This document shows positions 26,591 through 34,364 of a DNA stretch of 64,000 nt, one piece after another. Source of the DNA: an uncultured Alphaproteobacteria bacterium (GTDB taxonomy: Bacteria; Pseudomonadota; Alphaproteobacteria; RF32; CAG-239); NCBI GenBank assembly GCA_944391495.1, contig CALXTU010000004.1, forward strand, positions 5,041-69,040. Direction: 5' to 3'. A program made the position numbers and the translations under genes. The notes beneath the pieces were generated by a model that was not told the origin of the DNA, did no database searches, and saw only the letters and a program-made list of their open reading frames with translations. Every line of letters starts with the position of its first letter. Position 1 is the first letter of the stretch.

Positions 26591-28160
26591 ATCGGGATTT
26601 TTCTTTCTTCTGAAACATTTTAGCAAAACCTTTCTTGGCTTTAGATGTCTTTTCGGAGGAAACATTAGAAGCTTTTTCTTGTTTGTTTTCCTTCTGCACA
26701 ACTTGTTGTGCCGAGGGATCGGCAACTTCTACCCAAGTTTTAGTATCTTTATTTGTTGTAGTATCTTTATTTATAGATTCTTCTATCTCCTGAATTTTTT
26801 TATCTTTAATCGTCTGACGACGTTTTTTCAAATCCTGCTGTGCCTGTTCCAAGGTTATATTTTGATAATCATTTCTGATTTTCTGCACTTTCTTGTCACT
26901 CATATCCAAATCCAAATTCGACAAGTCAAGTCCGTTGACAAAAGTCTGGAAGGTTTGAAAATCTTTTTTCGTTACGGATGTTTTGCCGTCAATGGAATTC
27001 CATAACTCATTTAAATAAGTCTGATAGTTTTGTTGAGCCTTGGTATATGAATATCCCTGAACCTTGTTCTTGGTATTAGGTATTCCGCCCAAAACATGTT
27101 TGTCGCCATCGCCGGCCCATGACGAGTAGGACGTATGAACCTTTTGACCGTCCGACGATAAAACGGCCGAACCGTCAGCATTGTAAAGAACACCGATTTC
27201 TACGGGGCTCTTAGCCAAAATATCAGGAGATACAACCGGTTCATCACCGGCAGTTTTGTGCAAAACAGAAGTTTTATATTTTCCGTCTTCACTGGCATAT
27301 TGCCAAATACAATAACTGGTGCTGTCAATAGAAACATTTTGCCAGTCGTTGCCGGAGCGTTCAAAAATTTCATAAGTGGTTTCGGGAATGATTTCTTCCA
27401 CCGATTTTGCCAAAACAATGGAGCCCCAGTTTGTATTATAGTTGCGTGTATAACCGTCCAAATGTTTTCCCTTAAAATATTCTGTAGTTTCTTTGGCCGA
27501 TTTTTTATCTCCTTCCTTAAAACAAATTAATTCGGCGAGTATTTCGGCACGTGCTCGGTCCGAAACTTTCATAAATAACGTGCCGTCATACAATTTATCG
27601 CGAACATCAGCCATAAGCGCATGTGTCTTTTCATGGTCGGCAACGGATGCGGAATAATTGTTTTTATTAATGTTATCTATCAGCTGCTGTTCTGCATCGG
27701 TCGGGTTATTTATCCGATATTGGTTATAAACAATGCCGACTCCGTCAATATATTTTCCGGCCGGACGGTGAGAATTATATATGGCATCCAGAGAAGGAAA
27801 TTCTTCTATATGAAGATAATGTTTTATTTGTTTAGATGTCGAAGTCGTATCTTCTTTTATTTGGGATTCGGAATGATCATCTGCCGACGATTCCAGGCCA
27901 TCTACATAATAGGTTGAGTCATCTTTCTCTGCTTGAGAAGATGGCGTATTGACGACAAAAGTTGTTTTTCCTTTTAATTCATTATCTTGAGGTGTCTGGT
28001 CCGTGATGTTTGCTCCCGAGGCAAAAGGTGCCAATCCCAAAAAGAAACCCGCCACAGATGATGCAAACTTATTTATGGAAACATTAGAATTTTGCATTTC
28101 GTCATTTTTTTGCTTCTTTGCTTTAATATTTTTAATACGTTCTAGATAATCAGCATCCAT
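26589..28160 (-). CDS. AT-rich gene for a 523-aa predicted secreted protein with an HExxH motif and a Lys-rich coiled-coil tail
   Basis: A hydrophobic signal-like segment near the N-terminus, an HEKTH motif mid-protein and a K/Q/E-rich C-terminus. Composition is visibly AT-richer than the neighbours. Confidence 0.55.
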   Translation of the reverse strand: MDADYLERIKNIKAKKQKNDEMQNSNVSINKFASSVAGFFLGLAPFASGANITDQTPQDNELKGKTTFVVNTPSSQAEKDDSTYYVDGLESSADDHSESQIKEDTTSTSKQIKHYLHIEEFPSLDAIYNSHRPAGKYIDGVGIVYNQYRINNPTDAEQQLIDNINKNNYSASVADHEKTHALMADVRDKLYDGTLFMKVSDRARAEILAELICFKEGDKKSAKETTEYFKGKHLDGYTRNYNTNWGSIVLAKSVEEIIPETTYEIFERSGNDWQNVSIDSTSYCIWQYASEDGKYKTSVLHKTAGDEPVVSPDILAKSPVEIGVLYNADGSAVLSSDGQKVHTSYSSWAGDGDKHVLGGIPNTKNKVQGYSYTKAQQNYQTYLNELWNSIDGKTSVTKKDFQTFQTFVNGLDLSNLDLDMSDKKVQKIRNDYQNITLEQAQQDLKKRRQTIKDKKIQEIEESINKDTTTNKDTKTWVEVADPSAQQVVQKENKQEKASNVSSEKTSKAKKGFAKMFQKKEKSR

Positions 28161-28538
28161 TTTGACATCTCCCTATCAACTTATAACCCAATATATCACG
28201 TTTTGGAAATTTTGTCTATAAAATATTAGAAAATAAAAGTTAATTTGGCGTTAAAAATATGCCGGATAGGCCATATAAAACATGACGGATTCGTCCGATT
28301 CCGACAGCGATATGAGGATTCGTATTTTAGAAAGAATATTATAAAATCCGCGGATATCCGCCGTTTTAAGCAAAAAGAGGCCGGTTTCTGGGGATAAAAA
28401 GGCCTATTTTGCTAAAAATGTTGATAATTAAGCGGTTTTTGTTTGACAGGGCCTTTTTTTAATGTTCAAATTTTGTTGTGAGCAAGGGAAATCCCTTGGT
28501 TCATTTGTTTATAACTTATATTAGAGGGAGTCCTCACC

Positions 28539-28811
28539 GTGAATAAAAATGAATTGATTTCTAGCATTGCTAGCTCAACCGGCCTTACCAAAACTGATTC
28601 GGCTAAGGCTTTGGATGCGTTTGTTTCTTCAATCACCAACGCTCTGAAAAAAGGTGATGAAGTTCGTCTGGTTGGTTTCGGTACTTTTGCCGTTTCCAAG
28701 AGAGCTGCGACAACCGGCCGCAATCCGCGCACCGGTGCCACCATCAAAATTCCGGCTCGCAAACAGGCTAAATTCAAAGCTGGTAAGGCTTTGCAAGACT
28801 CTGTAAACTAA
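28539..28811 (+). CDS. hup: DNA-binding protein HU
   Basis: 90 aa with the HU signature (GFGTF...R.GRNP.TG). Confidence 0.9.
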   Translation: MNKNELISSIASSTGLTKTDSAKALDAFVSSITNALKKGDEVRLVGFGTFAVSKRAATTGRNPRTGATIKIPARKQAKFKAGKALQDSVN

Positions 28812-28818
28812 TATACTC

Positions 28819-28846
28819 AGAACCGGCTCTTTAGCCGGTTCTTTGC
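28819..28846 (+). terminator. Terminator after hup
   Basis: gaaccggctctttagccggttc hairpin followed by TTTG. Confidence 0.6.
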
Positions 28847-28909
28847 AAAAAGTTTATAAGCGGAACGGGGCGTCCATATTAAAGCGCTCCGTTTTTTTAC
28901 GGGTATGAT

Positions 28910-29506
28910 ATGCAATATCTTGAAAAAATAGTCCGGCTGGTAGAAAAAGGCAGAATAAAAACCAAGTATTCGCATCATAATTTGATTTACCGTCGGCAAA
29001 ACCATTTTATTTTCAGTGTTGATTGTTCAGGGCTGATTGAATTTTGGCTTTCCAAGCGCGCACCCTTGGCTCTGGCGGAAATTTATGATTTCGTCTACCG
29101 CGTTCGTCCCGTCGGCAAAGAACAAATTAAACGTTTATATTCTTTTGATTTTTACGATTATTTTGGTTCAATAGCGGAAAAAGGCGGGCAGCATTGGCAA
29201 GTTGTTGATACAATGCAGGTCTTGCGGCAGGGAGATATCATTGCCTTTATTAACCAGAACCATCGCGGAAGGTTTGGGCATATTGCTGTTGTTGATAAAG
29301 AAATCGAACGTAATTCGGAGCGGATAGTTGTCAGGATAATTGATTCCAGTACGGTTGAACACATTGATGACTGCCGGCCGTCTGTCAAAAAAGGCATCGG
29401 CAAGGGGAGTATAGAGCTTCATTTAACGAACGGAAAAATAACCTCGGTTTGTTATACGCCCAGTTGTTACAAATCCAGACAAGTTATGATAGGCAGATTA
29501 AAATGA
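28910..29506 (+). CDS. NlpC/P60-family cysteine peptidase-like protein (no signal peptide)
   Basis: A DCSGL Cys motif and a GHIAVV His motif spaced as in NlpC/P60. Confidence 0.55.
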   Translation: MQYLEKIVRLVEKGRIKTKYSHHNLIYRRQNHFIFSVDCSGLIEFWLSKRAPLALAEIYDFVYRVRPVGKEQIKRLYSFDFYDYFGSIAEKGGQHWQVVDTMQVLRQGDIIAFINQNHRGRFGHIAVVDKEIERNSERIVVRIIDSSTVEHIDDCRPSVKKGIGKGSIELHLTNGKITSVCYTPSCYKSRQVMIGRLK

Positions 29507-29574
29507 AAAAATTATAAAAAAGTACTTGATTATTTTTTTTGAGGAGTGTATAAGACATCACAGATAAACGATGA

Positions 29575-29650
29575 GGGCGCTTAGCTCAGCTGGAAGAGCA
29601 TCTCGTTTACACCGAGAGGGTCGGGAGTTCGAACCTCTCAGCGCCCACCA
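29575..29650 (+). tRNA. tRNA-Val (anticodon UAC)
   Basis: A cloverleaf can be drawn by hand: GGGCGCT acceptor stem, anticodon loop TTTACAC, T-arm GGGAGTTCGAACCTCTC and an encoded CCA. Confidence 0.9.
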
Positions 29651-29662
29651 ATTGCTAAGCAA

Positions 29663-29690
29663 AAACGACCGTTGCTCCGGTCGTTTTTGT
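29663..29690 (+). terminator. Terminator after tRNA-Val
   Basis: aacgaccg...cggtcgtt hairpin followed by a T-tract. Confidence 0.6.
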
Positions 29691-29765
29691 CTGTAAAATC
29701 TTTGGAACATCTTATTGAGCGAGGAAGCGTAAGCCTGCCGCAGCGAAATTAGATGCCTAAGCTAA

Positions 29766-29791
29766 AGCCACCCGGAAGGGTGGTTTTTTTA
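29766..29791 (+). terminator. Second hairpin/T-tract terminator
   Basis: ccaccc-ggaa-gggtgg followed by T7. Confidence 0.6.
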
Positions 29792-29835
29792 TTGGTATGG
29801 GTGGTTAAGGTTTGAACTCCCGAGAGGGCGCAAAG

Positions 29836-29866
29836 TGCAAAAAAGATCCAGTGAATCTTTTTTGCC
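29836..29866. repeat. Perfect 11-bp-stem hairpin
   Basis: GCAAAAAAGAT-ccagtga-ATCTTTTTTGC, immediately 5' of the tandem repeats. Confidence 0.6.
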
Positions 29867-30141
29867 TTTGCGGTGCAGAGTTGTTAACGAGCGATGAGCG
29901 TAAGCGAGAGGAGCGAGTGTTACAACTCAAACTGGCTGCCGCAGCAAGGGAAAGGCCTTTGCGGTGCAGAGTTGTTAACGAGCGATGAGCGTAAGCGAGA
30001 GGAGCGAGTGTTACAACTCAAACTGGCTGCCGCAGCAAGGGAAAGGCCTTTGCGGTGCAGAGTTGTTAACGAGCGATGAGCGTAAGCGGTTACAACTCAA
30101 ACTGGCTGCCGCAGCAAGGGAAAGACCTTTGCGGTGCTTGG
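29865..30141. repeat. Tandem direct repeat, 91-bp unit, about 3.2 copies
   Basis: Unit starts at 29865, 29956 and 30047 (third copy 79 bp, internal 12-bp deletion), plus a truncated start at 30126. Each unit holds an imperfect inverted repeat (gagttgttaac / gttacaactc). Confidence 0.85.
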
Positions 30142-30201
30142 CCGTCTGCCTGTCGGCCTAAATATTTCTTGCGGCTTTTGTATCTGCCATTATATCAAGC
30201 G

Positions 30202-31158
30202 CTAGTTGCAGCGCAGTTTGATCGTAAACCCGAACAGGGTAATATATCTGTGTTTGCGGTCGGTTGACGTCTCAATCCAAAACAGACGTTTCCACAACGG
30301 CAGTCTGGCGCGTCCTTTGCCGGCTTCTTTGACGCCGATTTCCTTTTGCAGGGCATCAAACGCCGGAACCAGTTTGGCATATTCTTTAAACTCGTCGGTA
30401 AAGGTGTTGCGGCACGCCGGATGATTCGGTTTTTTGCCGGTGAAGTGAACAATAACCGGATTAGCTTCGGCTTTGGCAAATTCGGCGGCATATTTTTCGT
30501 CATATTCCGGTTCGTTTTTGCGCCACCAAACCTGCATATAATCATATTTGGGCGACAGACGGCATTTCAGACCGTCGCAGGTTTTGTTCAGGGCGTCTTG
30601 GTCGTTGCTGATTTTGCAGTCGGTCATGACAATGTTTTTCAGTTTGCCGAAGAAGTCCGCCTTGCGCCAGGCCTTAAGATTAATTAACACGACACCGGAA
30701 TTAAAATAAAAATTATCTTCAAGCGCGATATCTTTTGCTTTTTGCTTTGAGGCGGAAACATCTTCAATGACGCCGACCAGATTATCGCCGAGATCCGTTT
30801 TGAACAATTCATGCAGCGAACCGCGCACAATCGTATCGCAGTCAAGATAGAGAACCATATCTTCTGCCGGCAGCAAATCCGCCAGCAGACAACGGAACCA
30901 GGCCTCAACGGTAACCCAGTTCGGGCAGGGAAAGCCGTCAAAAATCTTTTCGTCGATTTTAATTTTTTTCAGCTCATAATTTTTGATGGACTGCAGATTG
31001 TCAAACGTCTGCAGATACTTGTCTTCCAGCTGCGAATACATGATAATAAACTCGATTTCGTCGCCTTTACGGGCGTTTTTGAGCACCGATGCCATAGACA
31101 CCAATGTCAGCGGCACAAAGTTGGTATCGGGAGCATAAGCAATCGTAATTTTGGTCAT
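30202..31158 (-). CDS. GT8-family glycosyltransferase (RfaJ/LgtC-like)
   Basis: GT8 DxD context (LYLDCDTIV) and NSGVVLINL. Confidence 0.75.
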   Translation of the reverse strand: MTKITIAYAPDTNFVPLTLVSMASVLKNARKGDEIEFIIMYSQLEDKYLQTFDNLQSIKNYELKKIKIDEKIFDGFPCPNWVTVEAWFRCLLADLLPAEDMVLYLDCDTIVRGSLHELFKTDLGDNLVGVIEDVSASKQKAKDIALEDNFYFNSGVVLINLKAWRKADFFGKLKNIVMTDCKISNDQDALNKTCDGLKCRLSPKYDYMQVWWRKNEPEYDEKYAAEFAKAEANPVIVHFTGKKPNHPACRNTFTDEFKEYAKLVPAFDALQKEIGVKEAGKGRARLPLWKRLFWIETSTDRKHRYITLFGFTIKLRCN

Positions 31159-31159
31159 A

Positions 31160-32104
31160 TCAGTCTTCTTTCAGTTTTTCAAGTAGTTGCGGATAATGAG
31201 CAATTACCGCGGCCATTTGTTTGTTGTTGCCGTCCTGCGCGATATTCAGCTGGGTGAGTGTCAGCTGTTCGGTATTGCGCAGTTCGCGTTCGGGGTTGAC
31301 CAGCAGAACTTTGCGCATCCGTCCCCGAAAACTGCGGACTTTAACATTATTTAATACCGTCATCGCCCAAAACCATATATCATCGGCATAGGGAGCAATT
31401 TTTCTGAACAATTCGGCATCGCCGACATCTTTGTACAAACTGTGCTGCGGATAAAGCACGCCGCCGCAGCCGGTCAGAAAATTGCGGAAAGAAGGCTTGG
31501 GCTGAGTGGTGTTTTTTTGCCATTGTTTATAGGGAAGGGGATGCCCGTCGGCGCCCAGACGTATCCGGTGGCTGCGATGTCCGATAACACAACCGGGCGT
31601 CTTCAAATATTGGCGATACATTTTATCCAGCCAGTCGGCAGGGTAATAAACATCATCGTCAACAATGACGATAATATCGTCGGGATATTCCTTCAGCGAC
31701 GGAATAAGCTTTTTATAAGAGCGCAGATCCTCACACCATTTGATGGTCAGGCCGTTTTTCTGCAGCTGCAAAACCGCCGGCGGAATATCCGCTTCACCGT
31801 TCGGGAACTGCTCTTTTGCCAGCCACAAAACAACCTCGTCGGGTTTGAGTGTCTGGGTTAAAAGCGAATACAGCGTATAATGTATCTCATACATCCGCTC
31901 CGGAAACGATGTCAGCGAGACGATAAGTTTGGGCGAACGTTTGTCGGCATTGATACCGATGCCGTCAAAATTGGCAATCAGCGGCAGAATTTTTTGTTTG
32001 TCGATATGCGGCGGCAGCTTGGGCTTTTTGGTATAACAAAATTTAAGTCCGAACAGCGTTATTTCCCGCAGATTTCCGGATTTTGTACGTTTAAAAAATT
32101 CCAT
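31160..32104 (-). CDS. Putative glycosyltransferase
   Basis: A DDD motif and W-rich C-terminus. One nt separates it from the GT8 gene. Confidence 0.5.
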   Translation of the reverse strand: MEFFKRTKSGNLREITLFGLKFCYTKKPKLPPHIDKQKILPLIANFDGIGINADKRSPKLIVSLTSFPERMYEIHYTLYSLLTQTLKPDEVVLWLAKEQFPNGEADIPPAVLQLQKNGLTIKWCEDLRSYKKLIPSLKEYPDDIIVIVDDDVYYPADWLDKMYRQYLKTPGCVIGHRSHRIRLGADGHPLPYKQWQKNTTQPKPSFRNFLTGCGGVLYPQHSLYKDVGDAELFRKIAPYADDIWFWAMTVLNNVKVRSFRGRMRKVLLVNPERELRNTEQLTLTQLNIAQDGNNKQMAAVIAHYPQLLEKLKED

Positions 32105-32221
32105 CGCAAGACCTCAAAAATTTGTTCTCTGCGTTAAGTATGCGCGGAGATTTTGCTTAAATCAATATTTATCTGCAAATTGTAAAGGATTATTTAACAA
32201 GCAGTTGATAAAATAACGCCG

Positions 32222-32629
32222 TTGCCAAAAAGAGGAGGCCTTAAGATGATAGCAGAGAAAAAAACATCTGTGTTGAGCCGGCTTAAAAATATCGTAGCCA
32301 AAACAAAACGCCGTCTTTCGTGGCGCGGCCGGGTAAAAGATGAAAATGTTTCGGCGCTTGATGCCGCCGATATCCAGCGTCAGGCATACAAACACAATCA
32401 GAATGTCCGCCACACGACCTACACGCCGCCGTATCTGGAACTGGCCGCCCAGCTGCTGGTTGACGAGGATCAAATCTTTCGTGCCGCCGCCAGCCATTTG
32501 ACGCTGATAGCCAAGTCGCGCCGCAAATACGCACCGGAAATCAAAGCCGTCTTTGCCGAGGTAATTGCCGGCCGCAAGCTTTCGCCGGAAAAAATCGCCT
32601 ATTTGAGTAAAAAGCTGGAAGAAATTTAA
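32222..32629 (+). CDS. Hypothetical basic protein
   Basis: 135-aa ORF preceded by AAGAGGAGG. Confidence 0.4.
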   Translation: MPKRGGLKMIAEKKTSVLSRLKNIVAKTKRRLSWRGRVKDENVSALDAADIQRQAYKHNQNVRHTTYTPPYLELAAQLLVDEDQIFRAAASHLTLIAKSRRKYAPEIKAVFAEVIAGRKLSPEKIAYLSKKLEEI

Positions 32630-32701
32630 TCAAGAGCAAATGATGTCAAAAGTTTTTCAGTTTTTTTAGCAATCAGCGGCGGCGGATTTATAGTCAGTTT
32701 T

Positions 32702-33073
32702 TTGCCGGGATTATTACATCCGGCATTGGGTTTATTGTTAAGCGCCGTAATAACGGTCATTTGCCTTATATATGTGCTCATAAAACATTCTTCGGTTACA
32801 TCAATTCTGAAGTCCTGGCGGAAACGGGCGCCGGGGCTCGTTTTAATCTGTCAGACATTTGGCAGCTATTGGCTGTTTTTTCTGCTGTTTATATTGATTT
32901 TGATGATGTTGGCAGCCTGTGGTATAAATATTGATAAGTTTGATAAGTCCATATCATCGGTTATTAGTACAACATTCGGCTGTTTATTAATGGTTAGAAA
33001 TCGTTTTAATCTTGTGGCAGAAGAAAATCAGAGCCTTATGGTCGCGATCTCGCCGACCTTGATAGCTAAATAG
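32702..33073 (+). CDS. Small predicted membrane protein
   Basis: 123 aa with 3 hydrophobic helices. Confidence 0.35.
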   Translation: MPGLLHPALGLLLSAVITVICLIYVLIKHSSVTSILKSWRKRAPGLVLICQTFGSYWLFFLLFILILMMLAACGINIDKFDKSISSVISTTFGCLLMVRNRFNLVAEENQSLMVAISPTLIAK

Positions 33074-33159
33074 CGCCGCACTTGACAGCAGTCAAGGTGA
33101 TGACTATGCTAACCGAATAGGACGTCTTTTAGATTCCAAATATCCTCAAGGAGATTGCG

Positions 33160-33372
33160 ATGTTCTCATTCAAAAATACATTAAGAAAAAGTGGTAAATA
33201 TCTGATGTATGCGATATTGTATTTTCTATCCTTGAGTGTTATCGGCATGGCCGCCGGCATATCATTTTTTCTGGCTGCTGAACATAGCTACAAGATTGAA
33301 ACAACCGACATAATTAAGGATTGCATAGCGCAAGGGGTGAGCGAACAAATCTGCAAAGACAGGGTATATTAA
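33160..33372 (+). CDS. Small predicted membrane protein
   Basis: 70 aa with 1 TM and a Cys pair. Preceded by AAGGAG. Confidence 0.35.
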   Translation: MFSFKNTLRKSGKYLMYAILYFLSLSVIGMAAGISFFLAAEHSYKIETTDIIKDCIAQGVSEQICKDRVY

Positions 33373-33387
33373 AACAAAAGAGTCGTT

Positions 33388-33813
33388 ATGATAAAGTTTT
33401 TGGATAATTTGTTGCTGTTTTGCGGACTTTACGGATTGATATTTGGCTGTTTGCTTTATATCAATGAATTGCTGACAATGATTTTTATTGTCCTTTGCGT
33501 TTTGGTTGCTCCTGTGCTGCTGACTATCCGCCGCCGTCAAACAAGTGTTTGGGGACAAAATTTTAGTTCTGGTCATCCGAACACGGCGCCTTTGTTAAAG
33601 ATTATCGGCGCCTATTGTATTTATGTTTTAGTGTCTTTGGTCATAAAAATAACACGCAATCTCAACAACTGGGCCGTTGAACCGGAAACTTCGGCAGAAC
33701 AAACAATAAGCCTGATGCTGGTAGCGGCGGCTTTGTCAATAACAGCACTGTGGCGAATATATAAGACCATATGCGTCGGGCGTATTTGCCAAACAATCAG
33801 TAAAAAACGGTAA
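33388..33813 (+). CDS. Small predicted membrane protein
   Basis: 141 aa with 4 TM helices. Confidence 0.35.
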   Translation: MIKFLDNLLLFCGLYGLIFGCLLYINELLTMIFIVLCVLVAPVLLTIRRRQTSVWGQNFSSGHPNTAPLLKIIGAYCIYVLVSLVIKITRNLNNWAVEPETSAEQTISLMLVAAALSITALWRIYKTICVGRICQTISKKR

Positions 33814-33914
33814 AATACCCTCGTAAATAATTAGAAAAGAGCAGGTTTTGGGGCTTGCTCTTTTTTATCATCTCGGTTAAAATGCAAAGCGCATAATCAC
33901 AAGGAATATCATGT

Positions 33915-34307
33915 ATGTCGGAATCCAAACTTTCTCCTCACATTAAAAATTGTTTATCCAAAGGTTTTAATATCGTCAAAATCATCGGCAATATCTGTGC
34001 TTTTGTGCTGTTATGTTTTTTGAGTGTTCTTTTGGTGTACACAATTTTAGAGGGAATCATCAATTATGATGAGGATTTTGATATCGGCAAAGCAACAATC
34101 GTATCAAAATGGGTTATATTGCCGCTGTACGGTCTCCTTGCACTGATAACTTGCGGCATGCTGGTTAAGACGGCATCGCGACTGTTAAAGCCCTGGAAAC
34201 TGGTTTGGCATATTCTTTATTGGTTGTTGCCTTTTGCTGTTTTGTTACTGATGATATGGTTTATGGGCATATCCCTTAAGCTGTCGACGGCGTTGTCTCT
34301 TTCATAA
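33915..34307 (+). CDS. Small predicted membrane protein
   Basis: 130 aa with 4 TM helices. Confidence 0.35.
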   Translation: MSESKLSPHIKNCLSKGFNIVKIIGNICAFVLLCFLSVLLVYTILEGIINYDEDFDIGKATIVSKWVILPLYGLLALITCGMLVKTASRLLKPWKLVWHILYWLLPFAVLLLMIWFMGISLKLSTALSLS

Positions 34308-34364
34308 AACAACCTCTTCAAAATAGTTTATCTTGCTTTCAAAAGCTTGTTTTGACAGGCCGTC

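Noticed and set aside
28466-28777. Minus-strand ORF 28466-28777 overlapping hup
   Set aside because: It is antisense to a canonical HU gene and is spurious.
29865-30141. Possible CRISPR array downstream of tRNA-Val
   Set aside because: The 91-bp units are contiguous and nearly identical with no unique spacers between them. There is no repeat-spacer periodicity and no cas genes. This is a plain tandem repeat.
29894-30267. ORFs 29894-30079 and 30076-30267 (61-63 aa)
   Set aside because: They lie entirely within or astride the tandem repeat and their translations are repeat-driven (SDERKREERVLQLKL...). There is no ribosome-binding site, so they are artefacts.
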